Below are positions 29,690-39,261 of a stretch of 64,000 bases of DNA, one piece after another. This stretch comes from Alphaproteobacteria bacterium. Its GTDB lineage: Bacteria > Pseudomonadota > Alphaproteobacteria > JAPULJ01. Each line of letters opens with the position of its first letter. Position 1 is the stretch's first letter. Below the pieces are notes generated by a model that had not been told where the DNA came from, did not search any database, and saw only the letters and a program-made list of their open reading frames with translations. The stretch lies in the NCBI GenBank assembly GCA_037387885.1, contig JARRKQ010000003.1, forward strand, positions 11,675-75,674, read 5' to 3'. Made by a program: the position numbers and the translations under genes.

Positions 29690-30769
29690 TCAACCGACGA
29701 ACTTCGCACGCGCGTTCATGAAGGCGCGCTCGCCGATATCCGCCCAAGCGGACGCGTACTTTCGGTAGGCCATGAAGCTCGCGTAGACCTTCTTGGTCGC
29801 CGCATCGGTGCTGCCGACTTCGGCCACCACCTGCTCGGAGACCTTGGCAATCGCGGCAAGCAGTTTGTCGTTGTAGCGCTTGAGCTTCACACCGTGCTTG
29901 GTGATGAGCACGTTGAGCGCGGCCATATTGCGGGCGTTGAACTCCGCGCCCTGGGTCTGGGCCTCGGCCTGGCAGACCACCTTGATGAGGCGCTGCTGGT
30001 CGGCGGTGAGGCTGTCGAAGAGCTTCTTGTTGACGCCGACCGAAGCCACGGTGCCCGGCTCGTGGAAGCCCGGATAGTAGTAGTTCTTGGTGACCTTGTA
30101 GAAGCCGAAGGCGAGGTCGTGCCAGGGGCCGACCCATTCGGTGGCGTCGATCGCGCCCGACTGCAGCGAGGGATAAATCTCGCCGACTGGCAGGTTGATC
30201 ACGGCCACGCCCAGATGACGCAGGACCTCGCCGCCGAGGCCTGGAATGCGCATCTTGAGGCCCTTGAAGTCATCCAGCGTATTCAAGTCCTTACGGAACC
30301 AGCCGCCCATCTGGGTGCCGGTGCTGGCCACGGCGAAGGGCTTGATGTTGAAGCCCGCGGAGAGATCGTCCCACAGCTTCTGGCCGCCGCCGTAGTCGAT
30401 CCAGGCATGGGTCTCGGTGCCGGTGAGACCGTAGGGAACGGTGGTGAAGAAGTTGTAGGCCTTCGACTTGCCCTGCCAGTAGTAGTCGGCGGCATGGTAC
30501 ATGTCGGCGTTGCCCGACGAGACCGCATCGAACGACTCGAACGCCGGCACCAATTCGCCCGCGCCAAACAGCTTCACCTGCAGCTGGCCGCCGCTCATCT
30601 TGGTGATACGGTCGGCGACGCGCGCAGCTGAGGTGCCCAGGCCCGGCGAGTTCTTCGGCCAGGTCATGACGAACTTCAGCTGCTTGATGCCTTTGGAGAT
30701 CGCCGGCTTCGGAAGCGTCGATGCGGCAGCGACAGCGCCGGCCGCGACAAGGAACTTACGTCGACTCAT
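29690..30769 (-). CDS. TRAP transporter substrate-binding protein with Tat-type signal (TakP/COG4663-like)
   Basis: MSRRKFLVAAGAVAAAS (twin-Arg), then KFVMTWPKNSPGLGTSAARVADRITKMSGGQLQVKLFGAGELVPAFESFDAVSSGNADMYH. Confidence 0.85.
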   Translation of the reverse strand: MSRRKFLVAAGAVAAASTLPKPAISKGIKQLKFVMTWPKNSPGLGTSAARVADRITKMSGGQLQVKLFGAGELVPAFESFDAVSSGNADMYHAADYYWQGKSKAYNFFTTVPYGLTGTETHAWIDYGGGQKLWDDLSAGFNIKPFAVASTGTQMGGWFRKDLNTLDDFKGLKMRIPGLGGEVLRHLGVAVINLPVGEIYPSLQSGAIDATEWVGPWHDLAFGFYKVTKNYYYPGFHEPGTVASVGVNKKLFDSLTADQQRLIKVVCQAEAQTQGAEFNARNMAALNVLITKHGVKLKRYNDKLLAAIAKVSEQVVAEVGSTDAATKKVYASFMAYRKYASAWADIGERAFMNARAKFVG

Positions 30770-30791
30770 TTGGTATCCTCCCTTTGTTTGA

Positions 30792-30803
30792 CCCGATATC
30801 GGG
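30792..30803. promoter_or_regulatory. Perfect 12-bp palindrome CCCGATATCGGG just upstream of the TRAP SBP ribosome-binding site
   Basis: Read directly. On the minus strand: ...CCCGATATCGGGtcaaacaaagggaggataccaaATG. Confidence 0.3.
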
Positions 30804-31028
30804 CCGTCCCGCCATTATTGTTTTGCGGGTCCAATCAAACGGAGGACGCGATAACCGCGAGCAACCACACAAATGCGCGCCGGCGCCGCTCCGTGTGCCT
30901 GTTCCGCCCAGCGCTTGCGGGCCGGACGTCGGCCCCATTCGGGACCATTGTGGACAACCTTAGCGGGACGCCCGGTGGTTGGCCAGCCCAATGCAGGTAT
31001 GGGTTAACGCGGGGTGCGGCCCAACCGC

Positions 31029-32009
31029 TCAGGACCACACGGAAACGGCAGTTTCGACCACGCGGGCGAGCTTGCGGCGCTGGTCTTCCTCGCCCATCGG
31101 CGCGCCGCCGACGGTGGTCCCGAAGCCGCATTGCGGGCTGATCGCGAGGCACTCGAGGGGGACATAGGCTGCAGCCTCGTCGATACGCCGCCTTAGATCG
31201 TCGGCCGGCTCGAGGGCGGGTGTCTTGGAGCTGACCAGGCCGAGCACGACGGACTTGCCGTCGGGAACCAGGCGCAGCGGCTCGAAGCCGCCGGCGCGCT
31301 CGCTGTCGAACTCGAGCAGGAACTGGTCGACCGCGGCCTCCGCGAAAAGGCGTTCGGCAACCGGCTCGTAGCCGCCGGTCGCGATCCATTTGCCCCGGTA
31401 ATTGCCCCGGCAGAGATGCATACCGACGGTCATGCCCGCCGGGCGGTCGGTGAGCGCCTCGTTGACGGCAGCGACGCCGAGGGCGGCGATCTCGCCGCGG
31501 TAGACCGCGATCAGGTCGTCCCAGTAGCGATCCATATCGGGATAGACGGCCGGGTCGGCGCAGTCGGGGCCACGGTGGAAATGGATGACCGAGGGGGCGG
31601 GCATGGTGATCTTGACCGGCGTCTTGGCGACCTGTTTGGCGAAAGCGAGCTCATGCGTGGCGATGCCGGCGGTGCGGCGGATCGGTGCCTCCGCGTATGG
31701 CACGGGCACCGGCACCTTGGCCTCGCCGCCCTCGACAAATGCGAACTTGGTCGGCTTGTGGACGAGGCCGTCGACCGCCTCGACAAAGCCGTCGAACCAG
31801 GAGCGGCGGCGGAACTCGCCGTCGGTGACGGCCCCAAGGCCGATGGTTTCCTGCATCGTGACCGCGTCAGTGATGGCCTCGTCGACGACCGCCGCGAAAG
31901 CCGCGTCGTCGATCTCACCCTTGGCATGCGCCTTGTACGCGTCCTTGAGGGACTGCGGGCGCAGGAGACTGCCGATGTGATCGGCGCGGCAGAACGGATG
32001 ATCGGACAT
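31029..32009 (-). CDS. Cobalamin-independent methionine synthase (MetE C-terminal domain)-like protein, apparently shortened
   Basis: FCRADHIGSLLRP..., zinc ligand positions MHLCRGN, LLEFDSERAGGFEPL and SPQCGFG. It is 326 aa against about 370 as I recall for this family. The segment around the conserved (I/L)Q(I/L)D(E/D) strand seems absent between ...YRGEIAALG and VAAVNEAL.... Confidence 0.7.
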   Translation of the reverse strand: MSDHPFCRADHIGSLLRPQSLKDAYKAHAKGEIDDAAFAAVVDEAITDAVTMQETIGLGAVTDGEFRRRSWFDGFVEAVDGLVHKPTKFAFVEGGEAKVPVPVPYAEAPIRRTAGIATHELAFAKQVAKTPVKITMPAPSVIHFHRGPDCADPAVYPDMDRYWDDLIAVYRGEIAALGVAAVNEALTDRPAGMTVGMHLCRGNYRGKWIATGGYEPVAERLFAEAAVDQFLLEFDSERAGGFEPLRLVPDGKSVVLGLVSSKTPALEPADDLRRRIDEAAAYVPLECLAISPQCGFGTTVGGAPMGEEDQRRKLARVVETAVSVWS

Positions 32010-32059
32010 GAGACGCTTCCCCCCGAAGCAGGCAGCCTAGTGTATTTCACGCAGCCGGC

Positions 32060-32085
32060 AAATTATTTTAAGCTTGAAATAATTT
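32060..32085. promoter_or_regulatory. 26-bp AT-rich near-perfect palindrome AAATTATTT-T-AAGCTT-G-AAATAATTT, candidate operator
   Basis: Read directly in the 101-bp divergent spacer 32010..32110. One mismatched pair. Strikingly AT-rich compared with the flanks. Confidence 0.45.
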
Positions 32086-32110
32086 CGACGCGACCCTAGC
32101 CTCAGTAACC

Positions 32111-33515
32111 ATGTGGAAGCCCCCCGAACGCATCCGATACGAGCCCAATCCGGGACCCTCGCCGAGCGCGGAGGACGCGGCCGGCTCGCTCTGGTTCAGC
32201 CCGGTATCGCTGGGCCCGATCACGCTCGAGCAGCGGACCTGGGTGCCGGCGATGGTGCCGTGGCGCTCGACCGACGAGGGCATCGTCACCCAAGATGTGC
32301 TCGACTGGTATGAGCGCTTCGCGCTCGGCCGGCCGGGCGGGTTGGTGATCGAGGCGACGGGGATCCGCGACGTGCCGTCGGGCCCCCTCCTCCGTATCGG
32401 CCACGACCGCTTCATTCCCGGTTTGCAGAAGCTCGTCGAGACGGTGAAGCGCGCGAGCGACGGGCATACCAAGCTCTTCATCCAGTGCATCGACTTCATG
32501 GCGATCAAGCGGCGACCCGATCCTTCGAAATTCTTCGAGCGCTTTCTCGTCATCACAGACCGGCACCGTGACGCTTTTGACGCCAAGGATTGACGAACGC
32601 GAGCTCGAATCCCTGCGCGTCGGCTACCGCGAGCGGGTGACCGACACGCATCTGCCCCATGTGCGCGACCTGCCGGAGACTATGCCGCCGCTCTTCGCCG
32701 CCGCTGCCCGGCGCGCGCGCGAGGCGGGGATCGACGGGGTCGAGCTGCACTACGCGCACGCCTATACGATGGCGAGCTTCCTTTCGCGCACCAACGACCG
32801 CGACGACGGCTATGGCGGCAGCAAGGAGGCGCGGGTGCGCCTGCCGCTGGAAGTATTCCAAACGGTGCGCAAGGAGGTGGGCGAGGACTATGCGGTCGGC
32901 TGCCGCTATCTCGCCGAGGACTGCATCGAGGGCGGCTCGACGGTCGACGACAGCTCATACTATGGCATTGAGTTCGCTCGCGCCGGCATGGACTTCCTCT
33001 CGCTCTCGCGCGGCGGGCGCTTCGAGGACGCCAAACAGCCGGGCATCGGCGAGGCCGCCTACCCCTATACCGGCCGCTCGGGCTACGAGTGCATGCCGGC
33101 CTTCATCTCCGACAAGATCGGGCCTTACGGCCGCAACGTGAAGCCGGGCGGCGCCATCCGCAAGGCGATCCGGGATGCGGGCTTTACGACGCCGGTGATC
33201 GTCACCGGCGGGGTCCATGGCTTCGAGCGCGCGGAAGCGATCCTGCAACGCGGCGAGGCGGACCTGGTGGGTGCGGCGCGGCAATCACTCGCCGATCCCG
33301 ACTGGTTCCTGAAAGTGCGGATGGGGCACGGCGACGAGGTGCGGGTCTGCGAGTACACGAACTACTGCGAAGGCCTCGACCAGAAGCACAAGCAGGTGAC
33401 CTGCAAGCTCTGGGACCGCCTCGACCTCGACGAGCCGGGCGTGACGCGCACTAACGATGGCAAGCGCCGCACCGTGCCGCCGCTCTGGGCGGGCTTGAAG
33501 GACGCGGCCGAATAG
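32111..33515 (+). pseudogene. Old-Yellow-Enzyme-family NADH:flavin oxidoreductase split by a frameshift
   Basis: Track ORF 32111..32593 carries the N-terminal part (...VPAMVPWRSTDEGIVT..VLDWYERFALGRPGGLVIEATGI...). ORF 32568..33515, in the +1 frame, carries the rest (...GIDGVELHYAHAYTMASFLSRTNDRDDGYGGSKEARVRLPLEV...). The two overlap by 26 nt. One protein of about 465 aa is restored by a 1-nt correction near 32560..32593. Confidence 0.7.
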
Positions 33516-33539
33516 CGCGCCTTTTCGTGTGACTCGCCG

Positions 33540-34088
33540 CTAAAGCAGCTTCGACATCAGAAGCTCGTCGACCGGTTGGCCGTCGACGACGAGGCTTTCG
33601 CGCATCGTGCCCTCGACCGCGTAGCCGAGCTTCTCGTAGAGCGCGCGGCCGCGCTCGTTATGCACCTGCACGGTGAGATCGAGGCGGCGGATCCCTTGAG
33701 CCCGCGCCCAATCCTCGACCGCTTCGAAGAGCGCGCGGCCGACGCCGCGGCCCCAGTAGTCCCTGATAACACCGAGGAAGATGCGCGCGCTGGCGCGGTT
33801 CCTTTCAAGACGGCCGCCATCGGCGCCGAGATAACCGACGACAGCCCTACTGCTCTCTGGGCCACTTTCGGCGACGAACCAGGCCGTGTTGGCGCGCGTC
33901 TCGATGTCATTCAGATGCGCGGCGAGGCCCTTGGGCTTGGCCGGTACTTCATGCGGCTCGAGCAGCATGAAGCTGGTTTCCTCGGCGATCGTGCGCTGCA
34001 GCGCAATGATCGCCGGCGCGTCCTTGGGCGTAGCGACGCGGACGATGACCGGATCGCCTGCCGCAGGATCGGCCCCAGGGTCATTCAC
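33540..34088 (-). CDS. GNAT-family N-acetyltransferase
   Basis: Start proposed at GTG 34088. ...IFLGVIRDYWGRGVGRALFEAVEDWARAQGIRRLDLTVQVHNERGRALYEKLGY. Confidence 0.7.
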   Translation of the reverse strand: MNDPGADPAAGDPVIVRVATPKDAPAIIALQRTIAEETSFMLLEPHEVPAKPKGLAAHLNDIETRANTAWFVAESGPESSRAVVGYLGADGGRLERNRASARIFLGVIRDYWGRGVGRALFEAVEDWARAQGIRRLDLTVQVHNERGRALYEKLGYAVEGTMRESLVVDGQPVDELLMSKLL

Positions 34089-34093
34089 GGGCG

Positions 34094-34282
34094 CTAATCC
34101 TCGAGCGAGAGCTCGATATGACCGCAGGCGTTGCAGGCGACGGCGTGGACGGCGGTGCCGCGGCGGAACGACGAGGCGCCCTTGGCCTTGAAGCGGATCG
34201 GTGCGTTCCAGACGATGTTGCCGTCGATGAGATCGGCCGCGCCGCATTTGGCGCAAGTGTCGGATGACGTGTCGGCGCTCAC
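34094..34282 (-). CDS. Small zinc-ribbon protein (62 aa)
   Basis: CAKCG...(35 aa)...CNACG, two CxxC pairs. Its stop lies 5 nt before the GNAT start. Confidence 0.5.
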   Translation of the reverse strand: MSADTSSDTCAKCGAADLIDGNIVWNAPIRFKAKGASSFRRGTAVHAVACNACGHIELSLED

Positions 34283-34411
34283 TTGTGCAGGCCTCCTGTG
34301 CGGTGACGACGAGTTCCGCGTCTTGTTAGCAGGCGTTGACGCGCAATCGCACCGAAAAGACGCGATTCTCTACTAGTAGATATTCGTTGGAATAGGGCGG
34401 GGACGCGCGCC

Positions 34412-35200
34412 CTAATGCGTCACCGAGCCGCCGTCGACGACCACCACCTGCCCGGTCATGAAGCGCGCTTCTTCCGACGCGAGCAGCAGCAGCGGGCCGA
34501 TCAGGTCTTCGGGGTCCTGCTCGCGCTTGATGGCGCGGCTGGCGGTGATGGCGGCGCTCATGGTGTCACGCATGGTCGGGTGCGCCAGCACGCCGTCGCT
34601 CATCACGAAGCCGGGCGCGAGCGTGTTGACGCAGATGCCGTCGTCGCCGACCTCGCGGGCGAGCGAGCGCGTCATCGCCACGATGGCGCCCTTGGAGGTG
34701 ACGTAGTGGAGGAATTGCGGCGTGCCCTTGAAGACGGTGCCCGAGGCGATGTGGATGATGCGGCCGTAGCCGTTCTTGCGCATCTCCGGCACGGCGGCGC
34801 GGGCGCACAGGAACGGCCCGCGCACGTTGACCGCCATCACCCGGTCCCATTCGGCGACGTCGATCTCGGTGAACGGCTTGAGGTCGAGATTGGCGAAGAT
34901 GGCGGCGTTCGAGACGAGGATGTCGAGCTTGCCGTAGGTCTCGACGGCCGTCGCGACCATCGCCTCTACCGCGGCTTGATCGGTCACGTCCGTATGCGTG
35001 GCCACCGCCTCGCCGCCCGCCTGCTGGATGATCTGGGCGACGGGCGTGGCGTCGAGCACATCGGAGACGACAAGCTTGGCGCCGGCTGCCGCGAGCGCCT
35101 TGGCGTAGACCGCGCCGATGCCCTGCGCCGCGCCGGTGACGATGGCGACACGGCCGGCGATGCCGGGGTGGCGGCCGATGTTTTCGTCGTGCTCGCTCAT
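34412..35200 (-). CDS. Short-chain dehydrogenase/reductase
   Basis: VAIVTGAAQGIGAV, NAAI, and canonical S...YVTSK catalytic residues. 4-nt overlap with the upstream Rieske gene stop. Confidence 0.85.
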   Translation of the reverse strand: MSEHDENIGRHPGIAGRVAIVTGAAQGIGAVYAKALAAAGAKLVVSDVLDATPVAQIIQQAGGEAVATHTDVTDQAAVEAMVATAVETYGKLDILVSNAAIFANLDLKPFTEIDVAEWDRVMAVNVRGPFLCARAAVPEMRKNGYGRIIHIASGTVFKGTPQFLHYVTSKGAIVAMTRSLAREVGDDGICVNTLAPGFVMSDGVLAHPTMRDTMSAAITASRAIKREQDPEDLIGPLLLLASEEARFMTGQVVVVDGGSVTH

Positions 35201-36294
35201 GCGGCGCTCCGGGCGGCGGCGGCCTCTTCGGCAAGCAGCTTGTCGACCAGGCGGCGGGCCTGGGCGGCCGGGCGGTCGACGTTGATGTCGACCAGCGGGG
35301 CCTCGGGCTTGGCGCGCAGCTGCGCGTGCTGGCGCTCCAGCATCTCCTGGTCTTCCAGGAAGGTGTTGTAGATGCCTTTGTCGAGGAACTCGGTGATCTC
35401 GGGATCGTCGGTTTTGTAGTCGCGCGGGAAGGACCAGAAGTAGTGCGTCGAATCCTCGGTTTCCGGGGTGATGCCGTCGTAAAGGATATGCGTGATGCCG
35501 GCGTGGCGGTCGCCCTCGGGCGCACCGGTGCCGGCGGTCGCAACGCCCGCATCGAGCCAGACATGGCTCGGCGGCTCGAAGTGCAGCAACTGCCAGCGGT
35601 CGACCTTCTCCTTGCGCTCGCCGAAGCCGCCGGTCGCGGCGTAGAGCGGCGGCGGGTCGATATCGAGCATCCAGCGCGCGGCGGTGACGCTCGGCCGCTC
35701 GTTCACCACCGCGCCCATCGGCGAGACGCTGAGCGCCGCCTTGTTGTTCGCCTTCACCTTGGCGAGCGGCGTCTTGGCGACGTGCTCGTTGCCGATGGTC
35801 TTGGAATGCAAAAAGGTCTCATGCGTCAGGTCGAGCAGGTTGTCGACCAGAAGCTGGTAATGGCAGTCGAACTTGAGATAGCCGCCGACGAAGGACCAGC
35901 CGGGATCGGTGTTGAAGCGGACCTGCGGGATCTTGGCTTCGTCGGCCAGCGCCGGGTCGCCCATCCAGATCCAGGAGAACTTCCAGCGGTCGACGACGGG
36001 GTATTTGCGGATGCGCGCCTGGGCCGGGATCGCGGTCTGGCCGGGAATGGCGACGCACTGGCCGTCGGCATCGAAAGTCATGCCGTGATAGCCGCATTGC
36101 AGCTGGCTGCCATCGACAACGCGGCCCAAGGAAAGCGGTGCCGCGCGGTGGCAGCAGCGATCCTCGAAGGCGACCGGCGTGCCATCGGCGGTGCGGTAGA
36201 AGACGATCGGCTCGCCCAGGATGGTGCGCGCGAGCGGCTGGTCGCCGATCTCCTCAGGCCAGGCGGCGACGTACCAGTAGTTCTTCAGGAACAT
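35197..36294 (-). CDS. Rieske [2Fe-2S] aromatic oxygenase alpha subunit, VanA-like (paralog of 2464..3483)
   Basis: Starts at ATG 36294: MFLKNYWYVAAWPEEIG...CCHRAAPLS...CGYHG. The N-terminus is nearly identical in pattern to the first Rieske gene. Confidence 0.85.
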   Translation of the reverse strand: MFLKNYWYVAAWPEEIGDQPLARTILGEPIVFYRTADGTPVAFEDRCCHRAAPLSLGRVVDGSQLQCGYHGMTFDADGQCVAIPGQTAIPAQARIRKYPVVDRWKFSWIWMGDPALADEAKIPQVRFNTDPGWSFVGGYLKFDCHYQLLVDNLLDLTHETFLHSKTIGNEHVAKTPLAKVKANNKAALSVSPMGAVVNERPSVTAARWMLDIDPPPLYAATGGFGERKEKVDRWQLLHFEPPSHVWLDAGVATAGTGAPEGDRHAGITHILYDGITPETEDSTHYFWSFPRDYKTDDPEITEFLDKGIYNTFLEDQEMLERQHAQLRAKPEAPLVDINVDRPAAQARRLVDKLLAEEAAAARSAA

Positions 36295-36414
36295 GGACGT
36301 GCCCTCCCCCTTTGTCGTGCCGTTCGGCCGGCGTCGGACTACGCCGATCTTCAGGGTGGGCAGGGAGGGTGTCAACTGGGCGGATGCCCTAGGCATACAA
36401 GGCGTGCGTAGGGC

Positions 36415-36909
36415 TCACCCCTTGTCCCTTAACAGCCGTGCCTTCTCGCGCTGCCAGTCGCGCTTCTTCTCGTCTTCGCGCTTATCGAACTGCTTCTTGC
36501 CCTTGGCGAGGCCGACCTCGAGCTTGGCGATGCCGCGCTTGTTGAAGTAGAGCGCGAGCGGCACCACGGTCATGCCGTCCTTCTGCACGCCGCCGATGAG
36601 CTTCTCGATCTGGCGCTTGTGCAGCAGCAGCTTGCGGGCGCGGCGCGGCTCGTGGTTGTCGCGACCGGGGGCGTATTCGGCGATGTAGGCGTTGTGGAGC
36701 CACATCTCGCCGCCCTTCTCGGTCGCATACGCCTCGCGGATATTGGCGTGGCCGGCGCGCAGCGACTTGACCTCGGTGCCGGTGAGCACGAGGCCCGCCT
36801 CGAACTTCTCCTCGATAAAGTAGTCGCGGCGCGCGCGGCGGTTCTGCGCCACCTGGCGGTAGCGGTTCTCGTCGGATTTGGATTTCTTGTTTTTGTTTTT
36901 TCCAGCCAT
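36415..36909 (-). CDS. smpB: SsrA-binding protein
   Basis: Starts at ATG 36909: [51 protein letters not shown]...[11 protein letters not shown].......G.T.VPL..YF....AKLE.GLAKGKK.FDKR. Confidence 0.9.
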   Translation of the reverse strand: MAGKNKNKKSKSDENRYRQVAQNRRARRDYFIEEKFEAGLVLTGTEVKSLRAGHANIREAYATEKGGEMWLHNAYIAEYAPGRDNHEPRRARKLLLHKRQIEKLIGGVQKDGMTVVPLALYFNKRGIAKLEVGLAKGKKQFDKREDEKKRDWQREKARLLRDKG

Positions 36910-37028
36910 CGTGGGAATGTCGTGGCAGAGACAGCGAACTGCAAGCGCAAGATGCGCCCGGAGAAGGACCGGGCAGAGTGCAATCAGGCGGGGCAACACC
37001 GCCGCAAACGGGAGGGAGATGAGAAACG

Positions 37029-37754
37029 ATGGCAACCTACGTATTGGTGCATGGCGCCTGGCATACGGGCAACGAGCTCGAGGCGACGGCGAACCCGATC
37101 CGGGCCGCCGGCCACGAGGTCCACTGCCCCACGCTCGCCGGCAACCGGCCGGGCGACGTGAAGACGACCGGGCTCGACGAGGCGATCCAATCGGTCGTTG
37201 ATTACCTGGCCGAGAAGGATTTGAAGGACGTCATCCTGGTCGGCCACAGCTATGGCGGCATGGTGATCACCGGGGTCGCCGACCGGGCGGGCGACCGGCT
37301 CAAGCGGCTCGTCTATTGGAACGCTTTCGTGCCCAATGACGGGGAATGCCTGAACGACATGATACCGCCGCACTACATCGCGCTGTTCGATGCGATCGAG
37401 AAGGAGATCGGCGATGGCTCGGTCGTCATGCCCTTCCCGATCTGGCGCGAGGCGTTCATCAACGACGGCGATGCGGCGACGGCGCAGAAGGCCTACGACG
37501 CGCTCAACCCACATCCGATGAAGACGTTCAAGGATCCGATCAAGCTGACGGCGAACCCGGCCGAGATGGAGATCGCCAAGTCCTACGTCAACTGCACCGA
37601 GGACACCGCGCTGCCGCACGGCCTGCCCTGGCATCCGCGGCTGTCGGAGAAGCTGGGACTGTTCCGGCTGGTGCAGGTGCCGGGCAGCCACGAGCTTTGC
37701 TTCACGGATCCAGAGCGGCTCGCCAAGGCGATCATGGATGCGGGGCGGGACTAA
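37029..37754 (+). CDS. Alpha/beta hydrolase (methylesterase/SABP2-like)
   Basis: [14 protein letters not shown]..., nucleophile elbow LVGHSYGG, C-terminal ...VPGSHE. Confidence 0.75.
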   Translation: MATYVLVHGAWHTGNELEATANPIRAAGHEVHCPTLAGNRPGDVKTTGLDEAIQSVVDYLAEKDLKDVILVGHSYGGMVITGVADRAGDRLKRLVYWNAFVPNDGECLNDMIPPHYIALFDAIEKEIGDGSVVMPFPIWREAFINDGDAATAQKAYDALNPHPMKTFKDPIKLTANPAEMEIAKSYVNCTEDTALPHGLPWHPRLSEKLGLFRLVQVPGSHELCFTDPERLAKAIMDAGRD

Positions 37755-37785
37755 CGGCAAAGCTGAGGATTGAGCGCGCGGGCGG

Positions 37786-39021
37786 TTAGCCGCCCGTCCC
37801 GGTGAGCACCGGCTCGATGCGCTCCATCGCCCAGTCGATCTGATCTTCGGTGATCACGAGCGGCGGGGCGAAGCGGATCGTGTTGGTGTGGGTTTCCTTG
37901 CACAGGATGCCCTGATCCTTGAGCGCCTCGCAGTATTGGCGGGCGCCCTTGGCTTCCGGCTCGAACTCGACCGCGATCATGAGGCCGCGGCCGCGCACCT
38001 CGCGGATCAGGTTGTTGCGCACGCCGCGCAGGCGCTCCATGAAGTAATCGCCCATCTTGGCGGCATTCTCGACCATGCCCTCCTCGACCAGCACGCGGAT
38101 CGCGGCGCGCGCAACGGCGCAGGCGAGCGGATTGCCGCCGAAGGTGCTGCCATGCTCGCCGGGGCGGAGCACGCCCAGGACCTCGGAGTTCGAGAGCACG
38201 GCGGAGACCGGGTAGAAGCCGCCGGAGAGCGCCTTGCCGACCAGCGTCAGGTCGGCCTCGATGCCCTCGTGCTCCTCGGCGAGCAGCTTGCCGGTGCGGC
38301 CGAGGCCGGATTGTATTTCGTCGAGGATCAGTTGCACGTTCTCTTCCGTGCAGATCTCGCGGATCTCGCGGAGATAGCCCTCGGGCGGGATCATCACGCC
38401 GGCCTCGCCCTGGATCGGCTCGACGAGGAAGCCCACCGTGTTCGGCGTGATCGCGTCCTTGAGCGCCTGGGCGTCGCCGAAGGGGATCACCTTGAAGCCC
38501 GGCGCGAAGGGCCCGAAGCCCGAGCGCGCGGTGGGGTCGGTCGAGAAACCGACGATCATTAGCGTGCGGCCGTGGAAATTGTTCTGGCAGACGATGATCT
38601 CGGCCTTGCCCGCAGGCACGCCCTTGACCTCGTAGCCCCATTTGCGCACGGCCTTGACGGCGCTCTCCACCGCCTCGGCGCCGCTGTTCATCGGCAGCAC
38701 TTTCGAGGTGTTCGTGAGGGCGCAGATCTCCTGGTAGAAGAGCGCGAGCTGGTCGTTGTGGAAGGCGCGCGAGGTGAGCGTGAGCTTGCCCGCCTGCTCG
38801 ACCATGGCCTCGCGAATCTTGGGGTGGCAGTGGCCCTGATTGACCGCCGAATAGGCCGACAGGCAGTCGAGATACTTGTTGCCGTCGGTGTCCCAGACCC
38901 AAACGCCCTCGCCGCGCGACAGGACGACGTTCAAGGGATGGTAGTTATGGGCGCCCAGATCCTCTTCGATCGCGACGTAATCGCGCTTGGCTTTTGGTTT
39001 CAATTTGCGGCGTTTGATCAT
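37786..39021 (-). CDS. rocD: Ornithine--oxo-acid aminotransferase
   Basis: ...[46 protein letters not shown]...[12 protein letters not shown]...[13 protein letters not shown], class-III aminotransferase of OAT type. Confidence 0.85.
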   Translation of the reverse strand: MIKRRKLKPKAKRDYVAIEEDLGAHNYHPLNVVLSRGEGVWVWDTDGNKYLDCLSAYSAVNQGHCHPKIREAMVEQAGKLTLTSRAFHNDQLALFYQEICALTNTSKVLPMNSGAEAVESAVKAVRKWGYEVKGVPAGKAEIIVCQNNFHGRTLMIVGFSTDPTARSGFGPFAPGFKVIPFGDAQALKDAITPNTVGFLVEPIQGEAGVMIPPEGYLREIREICTEENVQLILDEIQSGLGRTGKLLAEEHEGIEADLTLVGKALSGGFYPVSAVLSNSEVLGVLRPGEHGSTFGGNPLACAVARAAIRVLVEEGMVENAAKMGDYFMERLRGVRNNLIREVRGRGLMIAVEFEPEAKGARQYCEALKDQGILCKETHTNTIRFAPPLVITEDQIDWAMERIEPVLTGTGG

Positions 39022-39261
39022 GGCATAGAGATGTGGTTGGGGTCGTCGCGTTCAAGCGACAGGCGGCGGCGCATGGATCCCACGTAGATCCGATAAACGG
39101 GTCTTAGAAAGGTTTGTGGCCAGAAACCATTGCGATTTTCCTAAGATCGGCCCCGATGACGCACGCCGCGCTCAAGAAAGCGTGTCGGCGGCAGGCCTTG
39201 ACATGGAGCGGCGTTGCGGGGCCCCATCCGGGCCATGATTGCTGCCGGAACAACACGCTAG

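Noticed and set aside
32560-32593. Programmed +1 frameshift at the OYE junction (the frame-A stop is GAU-UGA-C preceded by AAGGA, superficially like the prfB CUU-UGA-C site with its upstream SD)
   Set aside because: The P-site codon GAU cannot re-pair in the +1 frame (AUU), and the SD-like AAGGA abuts the site rather than lying 3 nt upstream. An ordinary indel in the nearby T4 run explains the data more simply. Kept as a pseudogene or sequencing error.
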